The notes below the pieces were generated by a model. That model was not told the origin of the DNA and ran no database searches. It saw only the letters and a program-made list of their open reading frames with translations. From Oleispira sp. (GTDB lineage: Bacteria > Pseudomonadota > Gammaproteobacteria > Pseudomonadales > Oceanobacteraceae), in contig JBLGAF010000006.1 in assembly GCA_047612075.1 (NCBI GenBank), positions 22,780 to 86,779 on the forward strand: a stretch of 64,000 nucleotides of DNA, read 5' to 3'. Each line of letters opens with the position of its first letter. Position 1 is the stretch's first letter. Position numbers and translations under genes: made by a program. Positions 1-10,189 of this stretch are shown in pieces.

Positions 1-545
1 AGTAATCAGTGAAATGTAGGTGAAAAGGAAAGGGGTTAATGGTATCTATACTGGCATGAACAATGCGTCGCAGTTTCGGTGTGCGTTTTAGCGAAGTGAG
101 CCAAAAGTACTATTGTAAACAGGCGTTGAAAAGTAAAGTATGCTGAGACAGCTGTTTCGGTAATAATTAGTTAGATAAATATAACACGTAATAAAAGTCC
201 AGGAGGATAAGCCTACGGCCTACGTTTTTATTTTTATAACGAGCATAAAAGTCAAAAACAATTTTATCATTTTCGAGCAAGTGATAAAGACAGTATTCAA
301 ACGTATTGCTGGCGGCTTTTTTAAACGATTGGTCGAGGCTCATTGCAACAGACAGTTTAGTCATAACACCTGTGTATATATCCCTTACGGGCCAATATAA
401 TAAAACATATAATTGTCGGGGGTTGTATGGCCAGACTGCAGCAGAGTTCAAAACGAAAATGCCTACGCTTATTATGCTTTGAACATAGAGCGTTCTATTA
501 ATATTGGATTAAGCGATTTATTTTATATCATCAAGAGCACCACCA

Positions 546-1436
546 TTAATTTAACGCTTTATCGTCTCGTAAACGCTGTGCCATTAAGTCAATAAAACTG
601 CGTACCTTGCTTGAAGCAAACCGTCCCTCCCGGTGCACAATAGAAACTGGCAAGGAGGCAGGCTCAAAATCTTCCAACACTATTTTTAAGTCACCTGCCG
701 CTAAACTCTCGACCACCTGATACGACAACAAACGGGTGATACCTAGCCCTTGTTTAGCGGCTTCGATGGCGGCGTCATTACTGGTGACGGTTAATCTGGG
801 TTTTACACGAATGATGTGTGTATTTTTGAAACGCCAATCGGTAAGAGAGTGTGCGGCACTGGATGATATTAAAGTGTGTTGCAATAAATCTTGAGGAGAT
901 TGCGGCAACCCATTTTGCTCTAAGTATTCAGGTGAGGCACACACTATGTGGCGCACAGAACCCACCTTTAAGGCTCGCATACTGGAGTCGGCCAATGGAC
1001 CAATGCGAATGCCCACGTCTAACCCTTCCTCTAACAAATTCACCACCCGATCTAAAAACACCGCATCTACTTCTGTATCAGGGTAGCGCTGTAAATAATC
1101 CACTATGCCTGGCATCACAAACAAGCGACCAAACATGACAGGGGCCGTAATGGCCAAATGTCCTCGGGGTTCACTATTAATACCTGCGGCCGCCTCGTCT
1201 GCCATTTGCACCTGAGTGATGATGCGCCGTGCATCCTCTAAGTAGCGTAACCCGGCTTCAGTGACGCGCACAAATCGAGTGGTGCGAGTTAACAATTTAA
1301 CTCCCAAACTTTCTTCTAGTGCTGCTACTGCTCGGGTTACCGCTGGGGCCGATATGTGTAATCGCCGCGCTGCTGCTGCAAAACCCTGCTCTTCAGCCAC
1401 GGCGACAAATACGGTCATTAAATGTAAACGATCCAT
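546..1436 (-). CDS. LysR-family transcriptional regulator
   Basis: N-terminal HTH 'MDRLHLMTVFVAVAEEQGFAAAARRL...LEESLGVKLLTRTTR' plus substrate-binding domain; start moved to ATG 1436; divergent from the AhpD-like operon. Confidence 0.93.
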   Translation of the reverse strand: MDRLHLMTVFVAVAEEQGFAAAARRLHISAPAVTRAVAALEESLGVKLLTRTTRFVRVTEAGLRYLEDARRIITQVQMADEAAAGINSEPRGHLAITAPVMFGRLFVMPGIVDYLQRYPDTEVDAVFLDRVVNLLEEGLDVGIRIGPLADSSMRALKVGSVRHIVCASPEYLEQNGLPQSPQDLLQHTLISSSAAHSLTDWRFKNTHIIRVKPRLTVTSNDAAIEAAKQGLGITRLLSYQVVESLAAGDLKIVLEDFEPASLPVSIVHREGRFASSKVRSFIDLMAQRLRDDKALN

Positions 1437-1444
1437 AAGCTTGA

Positions 1445-1467
1445 TTATTCCACTAATTGTAATAATC
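1445..1467. promoter_or_regulatory. Putative LysR recognition site (T-N11-A type dyad)
   Basis: Imperfect dyad ATTATTCCACTAATTGTAATAAT just upstream of the lysR start in the divergent intergenic region. Confidence 0.45.
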
Positions 1468-1567
1468 AATTGTTATTTACGAGTATTCTTTAATCAAGTG
1501 ATATTTGTCATTCTAGTATCACTGACCACACACCGTGTTCTTACTTACTAAATAGACAGGATTAAAC

Positions 1568-2107
1568 ATGAGCCGAATTAACGCCGTATCGCCAACCGAC
1601 GCCAATGAAGAGCAAGCTGAACTGTATGCCGCTATCACCGCACAATTGGGAATGGTACCTAACTTCTTAAAAGTATTTGCTCATTCACCCACAGCATTAC
1701 GTGCTTTTTTAGGCCTACACGGAGTGGCAAGCGAAGGCAGCCTAAACCCACTCACCAAAGAGCGCATCGCCTTAGGCCTAGCCGAACAAAATGCGTGTGA
1801 ATATTGTGTATCGGCACACACCGCTATTGGCCGCAAAGCTGGCTTATCCAACGCCGAAATAGAAGCAAATCGTGCCGGTTCTAGCCAAGATACAAAAGCT
1901 GCCGTTGCCGTTAAGTTTGCTCGCTCGCTGGCCGAACACAATGGCGCCATTACCAATACCGAGCTACTAGAAGTACGCAATGCGGGCTATAGTGAATCGG
2001 ATATTATTGAAATTATTACCCACGTAGGAATGAATGTATTAACCAACATTTTGGGCAAAGCCAGTCAGGTAGAAATTGACTTTCCTAAAGTAGAATTAAA
2101 TACGTAA
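1568..2107 (+). CDS. AhpD/carboxymuconolactone decarboxylase-family peroxidase-like protein
   Basis: 'ERIALGLAEQNACEYCVSAH' CxxC-H motif; 'GMVPNFLKVFAHSP' N-terminus. Confidence 0.88.
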   Translation: MSRINAVSPTDANEEQAELYAAITAQLGMVPNFLKVFAHSPTALRAFLGLHGVASEGSLNPLTKERIALGLAEQNACEYCVSAHTAIGRKAGLSNAEIEANRAGSSQDTKAAVAVKFARSLAEHNGAITNTELLEVRNAGYSESDIIEIITHVGMNVLTNILGKASQVEIDFPKVELNT

Positions 2108-2117
2108 TTTTATTCTC

Positions 2118-2142
2118 TGCAGAAGGCGACACGCCTTCTGCA
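2118..2142. terminator. Intra-operon hairpin (attenuator or mRNA stabiliser)
   Basis: TGCAGAAGGCG-aca-CGCCTTCTGCA perfect stem, no clear U-tract on +. Confidence 0.5.
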
Positions 2143-2191
2143 ATGTTCGCCATTTACATTTATTAAATTATTACATTCGGGGCAAACGTTC

Positions 2192-3760
2192 ATGGGACAC
2201 AAATACACAGCCATCGCTTTTACACCAGAAGTTAAAAAAGTTCAGCAAGAAAACCGTAGTCGTGCCGGCTACCAGGGTTTTGAACAAGGCCCCGACTACA
2301 ACCACTTATTAAGCCAAAATGAAGCGGACTTCATAGAAGCGCGCGATAGTTTTTATATGTCCAGCGTCACCGAAACCGGTTGGCCCTACGTGCAACACAG
2401 AGGTGGCCCCATTGGCTTCATGAAAGTTATAGATGCAAACACGATAGGCTTTGCCGACTTTAGCGGTAACCGCCAATACGTAAGCACGGGTAACTTTCGC
2501 AACAATGATAAAGTTGCGCTATTTTTTATGGACTACCCCAATAAACGTCGTATGAAAATGTTTGGACGGATTAGTGTGGTGGCCAGTGATGATTTAGACA
2601 CCCTTGCCAGCCTTGAAAATCCAGCCTACCGCGCCACTGTAGAGCGTGGTTTTATTATTAAAATTGAGGGCTTTGACTGGAACTGCCCAAAACATATTAC
2701 GCCCAGATTCTCGGAAGATCAGATTCAAAAATTGCTTGATCCCCTTATTTTAGAAAATAAAGAGCTGAAGACACAACAGGTTCTCACGCAAAGAACGTCG
2801 AACACTCTGGGTGACGGCCCACTAAAATTAGTGGTATCGGGCATTCGTCAACTTACAACAAGGGTGCGTGCCTTTGAATTAAGACATCAAGATGGTAAAG
2901 ACCTGCCCAAGGTGAATGCCGGTGCCCATTTGGAAATTCCGGTGCAACTACAAAATGGCGAACAAGTACTGCGCCACTACTCTATTTGCTCTAACCCGGC
3001 GCGCCGTGACGTGTATGAAATTGCCGTATTACGGGAAGAAGAAGGCCGTGGAGGATCCATTGCAGTTCAGGATCAATACCCCCTAGGGCAACACATTAGC
3101 ATTGCAATACCGCGCAATCATTTTGAACTGCATGACGGCGCTGCGCCTGCAGTTTTATTTGCAGGCGGCATAGGTATTACCCCCATTAAAGGCATGGCTC
3201 AAACGCTGAAGGCACGGGGCACAGATTTCAGTTTGCATTACGCCGGGCGAGATAAAAAAGAAATGGCGTTTCGTGATCGTCTGAAACGGGAGTTTGCCCA
3301 AAATTTTTATGTTTATGGGTCGGGGACTCGCATGGATCTTGCAGTGATAATGGCCAAGGCCAGCCACGACAGCCATTTTTATATCTGTGGCCCTCAATCC
3401 TTAATCGATGGGGTGCGCGAAGAAGCTGCACGGCTAAAGATAGCGGCAAGCCAAGTGCACTTTGAATATTTTAATGTTTCAGTGGCGGCGAATGCTAAAC
3501 CAATAAAAGTATTTTTAAAAAGATCTAAAAAAGAACTAATTATTAATGCCGATGAAACTATTTTAGATGCCATGCTAGATGCCGGCATTAACGCTCCTTA
3601 CAGTTGTAAAACCGGAGACTGTAAAACCTGTGTGGTGAAAGTGGTGGAAGGTAATCCTCAGCATTACGACAATGTTTTATCCACACAAGATAAAGCACAA
3701 AACTTAATGTGCCCCTGTGTATCACGAGCGACTGGCGATAACCTGACACTAGACATATAA
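2192..3760 (+). CDS. Fusion protein: pyridoxamine-5'-phosphate-oxidase-like FMN domain + FNR-type FAD/NAD reductase + [2Fe-2S] ferredoxin
   Basis: '[11 protein letters not shown]','DFSGNRQY','[11 protein letters not shown]' (PNPOx-like); 'RHYSIC','GGIGITP','YICGP','HFEYF' (PDR/VanB-type); 'CKTGDCKTC...CPC' ferredoxin. Confidence 0.88.
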   Translation: MGHKYTAIAFTPEVKKVQQENRSRAGYQGFEQGPDYNHLLSQNEADFIEARDSFYMSSVTETGWPYVQHRGGPIGFMKVIDANTIGFADFSGNRQYVSTGNFRNNDKVALFFMDYPNKRRMKMFGRISVVASDDLDTLASLENPAYRATVERGFIIKIEGFDWNCPKHITPRFSEDQIQKLLDPLILENKELKTQQVLTQRTSNTLGDGPLKLVVSGIRQLTTRVRAFELRHQDGKDLPKVNAGAHLEIPVQLQNGEQVLRHYSICSNPARRDVYEIAVLREEEGRGGSIAVQDQYPLGQHISIAIPRNHFELHDGAAPAVLFAGGIGITPIKGMAQTLKARGTDFSLHYAGRDKKEMAFRDRLKREFAQNFYVYGSGTRMDLAVIMAKASHDSHFYICGPQSLIDGVREEAARLKIAASQVHFEYFNVSVAANAKPIKVFLKRSKKELIINADETILDAMLDAGINAPYSCKTGDCKTCVVKVVEGNPQHYDNVLSTQDKAQNLMCPCVSRATGDNLTLDI

Positions 3761-3792
3761 AAAATATTAAAAGTATAAATAGGAGTACAAAA

Positions 3793-4275
3793 ATGAATAC
3801 CAGCACCCATGAACAGCGCGCACCGTTGCCACCCTTTAACAAAGAAGACGCCATTAAAAAAGTACGCATGGCAGAGGATGGCTGGAACAATCAAGTACCA
3901 GAGAAGATTGCCCTAGCCTACACGGTTAACAGCAAGTGGCGTAACCGCAGTGAGTTTGTTAATGGCCGCCCACAGATCATTAAACTGCTAGAGAAAAAAT
4001 GGCAAAAAGAGCAAGACTACCGTTTAATCAAAGAGTTGTGGGCCTACACAGACAATCGCATCGCGGTTCGTTTTGCCTACGAATGGCATGATGAAAATGG
4101 CAACTGGTTTCGCGCCTACGGCAATGAGAACTGGCAGTTTGATGAAAACGGTTTAATGGAAGAGCGCCACGCCAGTATTAATGATGTAGCTATAGATGAA
4201 AAAGACCGATTATTTCGTTGGCCCTTGGGCCGTCGCCCAGATAACCACCCCAGTTTAACTGACTTGGGCCTGTAA
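3793..4275 (+). CDS. DUF1348 / NTF2-like (SnoaL-like) protein
   Basis: 'PLPPF...AEDGWN...WRNRSEF...[21 protein letters not shown]...[18 protein letters not shown]'. Confidence 0.88.
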   Translation: MNTSTHEQRAPLPPFNKEDAIKKVRMAEDGWNNQVPEKIALAYTVNSKWRNRSEFVNGRPQIIKLLEKKWQKEQDYRLIKELWAYTDNRIAVRFAYEWHDENGNWFRAYGNENWQFDENGLMEERHASINDVAIDEKDRLFRWPLGRRPDNHPSLTDLGL

Positions 4276-4348
4276 CTGGGTTTTTAATAATGAACTGGGC
4301 CATAACCACATACACCATATTTATTGAGGCACTAAGGCATTTTAGACA

Positions 4349-4381
4349 TTAAAAAAGGCTAACAAGGTTAGCCTTTTTTAA
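4349..4381. terminator. Bidirectional intrinsic terminator
   Basis: AAAAAAGGCTAAC-aag-GTTAGCCTTTTTT between convergent genes. Confidence 0.85.
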
Positions 4382-4398
4382 TTGTTGGCTTATAGCAT

Positions 4399-5901
4399 TT
4401 ATTTACGACGCGTAATTAACCCACCAGCTATTAATAACAGTAACCAATCAAGGCTACCGGCACCGCCAGAACCTTCTGTTGCCGTAACTTCTTCGGCATC
4501 TACAGTGACATAATGTGTGGTTTGGTTACCATACACATCAGTGGCGGTTACCGAAAAAGTACCAGCTTCGTCTGGTGTACCATGTAAGGTCGCAGTACCA
4601 TCTCCATTATCGGTAATTGTTAACCACGAAGGTCCATTCGCGGTGATAACCGGTGTCGTGCCTTGCTCAACTATGGTGCCAATATTTAAATGATAGATTT
4701 CATCCACGACTGCTCTTAATTGACCTTGCAGGATAAATTCAGGCTTTTTAATCACGTCAATCGTTAATGTTTTGGTAAATTCATTACCATTAGTATCGGT
4801 TACTTTAACATCAATATCATGGGTTTCATTGTTATAAACATTTAACATCTCGCCACCAGTGGCAACTTTTACAAACGTAACACCATTAACCGTAGCCAAA
4901 TCAAAACGGCCACCGGCATTATCTATTAATATATATTGAAAATCTCCAACATCAACATCAGGATCATCTCCACCACCAGCTCCACCTTGAGGGTCTGTTG
5001 TTACTAAAGGAGCTATAATTGTCCCTGCTACTGAGTTTTCTAGTATTCTGTTATTTTCTACCACCACACCATTGACAAACATCCAGGCATAAACGCCAGG
5101 ATGGCCGATATTACTGTCAGTATTGTAACCAGCTATTTTTTGGTTGTTATCATAATTAACTCGATCTCTGGCAAGCCAACCAATCACATCATCTTCACCA
5201 TCATCTCTATCGAAACCCCAGCCGATATTCTCATATCTATGCTCTACAATAAAATCGCCATTGCCAAGATCATGAAAACGAAGTTGCGCTGCTAGGCCGT
5301 CTCCAGTGTCGTTGCCCTCGAAGTGTTGGGTATCATCAAAAGTAATGGTAACAATATTATTTTCAGCATCTAGGTGATAAAAAATATCATCGGTGCCTGT
5401 AGAGTTACCACCGGGTGATACTCCTGACGGCGTATTGTCAGTTCCATGATCTCCCGAATGGGTAATAAATACAGGATGTGTCGGCTCTAGATCATCACTA
5501 AAGTCATCAAGCTCCATTATATCATTGGAATCGCTACCATTGGTGCCTAAAGTAACATGGCCGTTAGAAGAGACATTAAATTGATTTACCGCTGAATAAT
5601 TTGTGCCTGCGTTGCCTACGTTTCCGTAAAAATTAAAACCTGCTGCAAAGACAGAGCTTACATCGACTAGCTCAGAACTATCATCGCTTTCTGATGCTCC
5701 GTCTCCAGCATTAATACCAAAATTCCCCGGTCCATTTACCTCTATTAAGTCACGACCCGGAGCAAAAATAACCGGAAAATCGGCCTCGGTCATGCCAAAA
5801 CGGATATCCACTGGATACTCAGCCATGGTGGTTAATGACGTAATAGACAAAGATAAAGCAAGGGCACTTTTAGCAATGCCTTGTAGTAATTTGTTATTCA
5901 T
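4399..5901 (-). CDS. Secreted acidic surface protein: nidogen-like + cadherin/Ig-like domains, GlyGly-CTERM (rhombosortase) tail
   Basis: Signal peptide; 'FNFYG','VSSNGHVTLG' NIDO-like; 'DNAGGRF...IDVKVTD.NG..FTKTLTIDV' cadherin-like; 'GPSWLTITDNGDGTATLHGTP' Ig-like; C-terminal 'GSGGAGSLDWLLLLIAGGLITRRK'. Confidence 0.72.
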   Translation of the reverse strand: MNNKLLQGIAKSALALSLSITSLTTMAEYPVDIRFGMTEADFPVIFAPGRDLIEVNGPGNFGINAGDGASESDDSSELVDVSSVFAAGFNFYGNVGNAGTNYSAVNQFNVSSNGHVTLGTNGSDSNDIMELDDFSDDLEPTHPVFITHSGDHGTDNTPSGVSPGGNSTGTDDIFYHLDAENNIVTITFDDTQHFEGNDTGDGLAAQLRFHDLGNGDFIVEHRYENIGWGFDRDDGEDDVIGWLARDRVNYDNNQKIAGYNTDSNIGHPGVYAWMFVNGVVVENNRILENSVAGTIIAPLVTTDPQGGAGGGDDPDVDVGDFQYILIDNAGGRFDLATVNGVTFVKVATGGEMLNVYNNETHDIDVKVTDTNGNEFTKTLTIDVIKKPEFILQGQLRAVVDEIYHLNIGTIVEQGTTPVITANGPSWLTITDNGDGTATLHGTPDEAGTFSVTATDVYGNQTTHYVTVDAEEVTATEGSGGAGSLDWLLLLIAGGLITRRK

Positions 5902-6046
5902 ATTATTCCTTTAACCCTCAGTAAACGCTAGGACAGCGCAGCTAATTAATTGTTATTAAATATAATTTTGTAATTATATTACCTCAATAAAATTAGGTTT
6001 GAAAGGCGTAAAGCACATAGAGGACAGGCACTCTTTAATTGTTGCC

Positions 6047-6260
6047 AATGGCTAAGAAAAGGACAATTCCAATGAAGATGTTAATGGATTAATTCGTCAG
6101 TATTTACCTAAAGGAACATCAATGCATAAAGTTACTCAGGCCCAATGTAACGCAATAGCGAAGAAATTAAATGAACGACCTAGAAAGCGTCACAACTATA
6201 AAACACCAGAGGAATTGTTTTATGCTTAATAGCTATGAATGTCGCACTTTAAACTTGATA
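6047..6260 (+). mobile_element. IS30-family remnant (transposase C-terminus and right end)
   Basis: 6071-6229 reads NEDVNGLIRQYLPKGTSMHKVTQAQCNAIAKKLNERPRKRHNYKTPEELFYA*; GTCGCACTTTAAACTTGA at 6241-6258 resembles IS30-family terminal repeats; 5' part absent. Confidence 0.85.
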
Positions 6261-6267
6261 CTAGGGA

Positions 6268-6359
6268 TCATAACAATGATAAACAAAGAGAGTTTGTTTG
6301 TACTTTTTTTATAGTAAATACATTATCCATTTTTTATCCTAGTGTTTATTTTGTTAATC
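6268..6359 (-). other. attC-like recombination site
   Basis: On -: gatTAACAAaATAAACA...TGTTTATcaTTGTTAtga, imperfect inverted arms with AAC/GTT ends; the TAA stop of the 58-aa ORF lies within the AAC box. Confidence 0.55.
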
Positions 6360-6530
6360 AAACAGTGTGGATGGAGGTTCTGCATATTTTAATCTAACGT
6401 AGACAGGACCTCCATTCTCCCAGTTAGCTGTCATGAACGCTTTCAAGCCAAATTCAATGTCTAGTAAGTCTTCTCCATTCTTGTTAATTAATACAATGAC
6501 TAAGTGTTCTTTTATGGAGTTAGCTACCAT
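6354..6530 (-). CDS. Small hypothetical protein, probable integron cassette ORF
   Basis: MVANSIKEHLV...STLFD (58 aa) between two attC-like sites; ORF-track start at 6581 overlaps the upstream GTT box. Confidence 0.4.
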   Translation of the reverse strand: MVANSIKEHLVIVLINKNGEDLLDIEFGLKAFMTANWENGGPVYVRLKYAEPPSTLFD

Positions 6531-6572
6531 CTCAATTGACTCGCCGGCTTTCAGCTTTAAAGCAGCTAATTC

Positions 6573-6630
6573 TGCTAACATCGTGCTAAATACTGATACT
6601 AGGTAAAAGCTTGCGTTTTAGCTTTAGATC
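6573..6630 (-). other. Degenerate attC-like site
   Basis: On -: tctaaaGCTAAA...TTTAGC-acgat-GTTAGCa; right end has L'/5-nt spacer/R' geometry, left AAC box appears deleted. Confidence 0.4.
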
Positions 6631-6857
6631 ATATCTTAAAGAAGACTATGAAATCTGACTCGGCAATTTTTTATTCTTTAGCGGAGCGGCTGATATTGTG
6701 AATTCTTTTCTTAACGCTGAGTGGGTAGTATTTAAGTGTTAAGCAGCACGTGCCCTCTTCTGTTAATGAACTTGCTACTGAGTGATGTGTCCGTTTTATC
6801 GGGGGAAGATCATGTATAAAGATGTACATATTTACTGAGAAACTATGTGTATACATC

Positions 6858-6892
6858 AATTTCTAACTGATTTTTTAAAGCCTTGATAACAA
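6858..6892 (-). other. attI-like site
   Basis: On -: ttGTTATCAaggctttaaaaaatcaGTTAGAA, an A-tract before a GTTAG core, adjacent and opposite to the intI stub. Confidence 0.4.
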
Positions 6893-6921
6893 TGGCCTGG
6901 AGCCATGTCGTTACATATGCG

Positions 6922-7032
6922 ACTTTAGAGTGTTTAGGTCACAGCGATGTGTCCACCACGCAGATTTATACCCACGTGATAGGCCAGCACTTTGCTGGCA
7001 CCAGTAGCCCACTCGACAATCTTACAATATAG
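6922..7032 (+). pseudogene. intI: Integron integrase C-terminal remnant
   Basis: 6934-7032 reads LGHSDVSTTQIYTHVIGQHFAGTSSPLDNLTI*: tyrosine-recombinase box II with catalytic Y and the IntI-typical G..SPLD tail; remainder of gene missing. Confidence 0.85.
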
Positions 7033-7059
7033 GTAATATGAGAGCACTATAAAACAAAT

Positions 7060-7641
7060 TTAATCGCTAGCAATACGACTAAAGACCGCGCCTTTCTGCC
7101 CTTTATATTTAGCGTCAACGCGCTTGTTATAAGGACGCAGTGCTGGGCTGGACAACATTTCAAACGACAGCGCACAAATCACCATGTCTGGACGCAGTGC
7201 TAAGGGCAGTTTACCGTTATTAAAAAATTCTAATACGATCTGCCCTTCCCAACCTGGGTCAATACGACCCGCGGTTACATGCACCATTAAACCTAAACGT
7301 GCTAATGAACTACGGCCGTCTAACCAGCCTACCAAGTCATCCGGAATCGTAACCGATTCTAACGTGGCGCCTAGTACCAGTTCACCGGGGTGAATAAAGA
7401 AAGGCTCGTCGTCGTCAACAGTAATTTCTTTGCTCATAATACGTTCCATATTACGAGTCAGTTGTTCACGTTCGCCGGATAAATCTAGGTGCGTGACAGA
7501 GTTGTTACTGAATACACGAAAACTATTCGCTAAGCGTAAATCAACACTGATTCCAGCAATGGATTCTGGCGCCGGTGCTGGTTCAATTTTTATTGAGGCT
7601 TGCTCAATTCTTTGTTCAATATCACCATCACTTAAGCGCAT
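7060..7641 (-). CDS. dcd: dCTP deaminase
   Basis: 'MRLSDGDI','[34 protein letters not shown]','AKYKGQ'; start set at ATG 7641. Confidence 0.97.
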   Translation of the reverse strand: MRLSDGDIEQRIEQASIKIEPAPAPESIAGISVDLRLANSFRVFSNNSVTHLDLSGEREQLTRNMERIMSKEITVDDDEPFFIHPGELVLGATLESVTIPDDLVGWLDGRSSLARLGLMVHVTAGRIDPGWEGQIVLEFFNNGKLPLALRPDMVICALSFEMLSSPALRPYNKRVDAKYKGQKGAVFSRIASD

Positions 7642-7685
7642 GGAGTTTTCCTTTATATCTTTAACGTGCATAGCGTTAACGAATA

Positions 7686-8798
7686 TTAGTCGTCAGAGAT
7701 GCTGATGTTTGGAACTTGTTGGTCGTTAGCAGTACGTTTGGCTAATGCCACGGCAATATTACGGGCCAAGTTGCGATACATTAAAGCAACGTCGCTATTT
7801 TCTTGTTCAACTACGACAGGTACCCCAGCATCACTTTGTTCACGAATAAACTTTGATAACGGCAATGAGCCTAAAAGTTGAGTATCGTATTGGTCGGCTA
7901 TTTTTTGCCCACCATTTTCACCAAAAATGTGTTCTGCATGGCCGCAGCTTGAACAAATGTGAATGCTCATATTCTCAACAACGCCCAATACAGGAATATT
8001 CACTTTACGGAACATTTCAATGCCTTTTTTAGCATCAAGCAACGCAATGTCTTGGGGTGTGGTAACAATAACAGCCCCCGCCACTGGGAATTTTTGCGAT
8101 AACGTTAATTGAATATCACCGGTGCCCGGTGGCATATCAATAATCAAGTAATCAAGTTCACCCCAAGCGGTTTGCGTTAAGATTTGCATTAACGCACCAG
8201 CGACCATTGGCCCACGCCATACCATAGGAGTTTTGTCGTTGACGAGGTAAGCCATTGACATGGTTTTTACGCCATGGGCTTCAATCGGTACAAACCATTT
8301 GTTATCGATGGTTTCTGGGCGAGTACCTTCGGCAATTCCCATTAATAAGCCTTGGCTTGGGCCATAAATGTCGGCATCTAATAAGCCAACTTTGGCGCCG
8401 TCCTTCGCCAATGATATAGCCAGATTTACGGAAGTGGTCGATTTACCCACACCGCCTTTACCCGAGGCAACAGCAATGATATTTTTTACTTTGGTAATGG
8501 CTTCAACGGTATTTTGAGACTTGTGATCGCTCACTTCCCAGCTAATGTCGATATCGACGCTTTCTACGCCATCAATATTGCCAACCATAACTTTAAGAAT
8601 TTCTTCGGTGCCGCCTTTTAAAAAATCAGAAGCGTAAGGTAAGTGTATCTTGACGCTTACTGAACTGCCCGAAGTGGCAGCCTGAATATCAATATTTTGC
8701 ACTGCACCAAAACTGACAAGATCAGTATTTAAGTAAGGATCTTGATAAGATGATAGCGCCGCTTCGATGGTCGCTTTATTTAAAAGAGTATCAGTCAT
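7686..8798 (-). CDS. apbC: Fe-S cluster carrier ATPase ApbC/Mrp
   Basis: '[12 protein letters not shown]','DADIYGPS','WRGPM','DMPPGTGD','ENMS..IC..CG'. Confidence 0.96.
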   Translation of the reverse strand: MTDTLLNKATIEAALSSYQDPYLNTDLVSFGAVQNIDIQAATSGSSVSVKIHLPYASDFLKGGTEEILKVMVGNIDGVESVDIDISWEVSDHKSQNTVEAITKVKNIIAVASGKGGVGKSTTSVNLAISLAKDGAKVGLLDADIYGPSQGLLMGIAEGTRPETIDNKWFVPIEAHGVKTMSMAYLVNDKTPMVWRGPMVAGALMQILTQTAWGELDYLIIDMPPGTGDIQLTLSQKFPVAGAVIVTTPQDIALLDAKKGIEMFRKVNIPVLGVVENMSIHICSSCGHAEHIFGENGGQKIADQYDTQLLGSLPLSKFIREQSDAGVPVVVEQENSDVALMYRNLARNIAVALAKRTANDQQVPNISISDD

Positions 8799-9032
8799 GG
8801 TTTACCTACTGCTAGGAGCAAAAACCTCATTGTATACGAGTTTTTACTGCGATATGGAGCTAATTAAAGGAAGTAAGCTAACCAGCGCTATACATAGAAC
8901 AAAATGAGCTTAAAATACTGAAAAACATACTTGAAAGAAATAATGCCTATTTGGGATAATGGCGCGCCAGATTTTCTTAATTTATTGATACGCCTAGCCA
9001 ATGATTCATCTAGATGAGAGTGAGCTCCCGAT

Positions 9033-9614
9033 ATGACCGATTATTTATTGATTTTGGTCAGTACAATTTTAGTAAACAATTTTGTGCTGGTTCAGTTTTT
9101 AGGTTTATGCCCTTTTATGGGGGTTTCTAATAAATTAGAAACCGCTATTGGCATGTCCGCAGCTACCACCTTTGTATTAACGCTAGCGTCAGTGTGCAGT
9201 TATTTAGTTTACACCTATTTGCTGATTCCACTTGAGTTGGAATATTTGCGCACCATCAGCTTTATTATGGTGATTGCCGTCGTGGTTGGCTTCACTGAGA
9301 TGGCCATTCGTAAGACAAGCCCGCTGCTTTATAGAGTACTGGGAATTTTCTTACCGCTGATTACTACCAACTGTGCCGTACTAGGGGTCGCGTTATTGAA
9401 CATTAAGCGTGATAACAGTTTTGTAGAATCGATTTTATATGGCTTTGGCGCGGCCATCGGTTTCTCTTTAGTGATGGTTCTGTTTGCGGCGATGCGCGAA
9501 CGCATTACCGTCGCCGATGTGCCCAAGCCGTTTCAAGGTTCTGCTATCTCAATGATTACTGCAGGTTTAATGTCGTTAGCCTTTTTAGGCTTTACTGGTT
9601 TGGTGAGCATTTAA
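9033..9614 (+). CDS. rnfA: Rnf complex subunit A
   Basis: '[16 protein letters not shown]','[10 protein letters not shown]'. Confidence 0.96.
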   Translation: MTDYLLILVSTILVNNFVLVQFLGLCPFMGVSNKLETAIGMSAATTFVLTLASVCSYLVYTYLLIPLELEYLRTISFIMVIAVVVGFTEMAIRKTSPLLYRVLGIFLPLITTNCAVLGVALLNIKRDNSFVESILYGFGAAIGFSLVMVLFAAMRERITVADVPKPFQGSAISMITAGLMSLAFLGFTGLVSI

Positions 9615-9616
9615 TA

Positions 9617-10189
9617 ATGAGTTCTATTTTAATTGCCATTGTGCTGTTGGCGTCTCTTGCCATTATTTTTGGTGCCATTTTAGGCTTTGCAGCGGTACGC
9701 TTTAAAGTCGAAGGCAATCCGATTGTCGACCAAATTGATAACCTATTACCACAAACCCAGTGCGGCCAGTGTTCTTATCCGGGTTGTAAGCCTTATGCTG
9801 AAGCCATTGCTGGCGGTGAAAAAATTAATAAGTGCCCCCCTGGTGGCGAAAGTACCATTATTGCTTTAGCCGATCTGTTAGGGGTTGAACCTGAGCCTTT
9901 GGATGCTGAGCATGGCGCTGAAAAAGACTTACCGATGGTCGCCATCATTCGTGAAGAAGAATGTATTGGTTGCACCAAGTGCATTCAAGCCTGCCCTATA
10001 GATGCGATTATGGGTGCGGCCAAACAAATGCACACCGTGATTGCTGATGAATGCACCGGTTGTGATTTGTGTGTTGAGCCTTGCCCCGTCGACTGTATTG
10101 ACATGGTGCCAATTGAAACCACTCTGCAAAGCTGGCACTGGGATAAGCCCAAAGATTCAATAGCCGCAACTGAGAAGGAGGCAATCTAA
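9617..10189 (+). CDS. rnfB: Rnf complex subunit B
   Basis: '[13 protein letters not shown]','[12 protein letters not shown]','[12 protein letters not shown]'. Confidence 0.96.
   Translation: MSSILIAIVLLASLAIIFGAILGFAAVRFKVEGNPIVDQIDNLLPQTQCGQCSYPGCKPYAEAIAGGEKINKCPPGGESTIIALADLLGVEPEPLDAEHGAEKDLPMVAIIREEECIGCTKCIQACPIDAIMGAAKQMHTVIADECTGCDLCVEPCPVDCIDMVPIETTLQSWHWDKPKDSIAATEKEAI

Noticed and set aside
167-595. ORFs 167-451(-) and 413-595(+)
   Set aside because: No recognisable motif, atypical composition and mutual overlap; cannot support them as genes.
6886-6915. Short hairpin TAACaATGGC-ctgga-GCCATgtcGTTA as an additional attC
   Set aside because: Too short (about 30 nt) for a functional attC and lies at the intI deletion junction; treated as part of the attI/intI scar.
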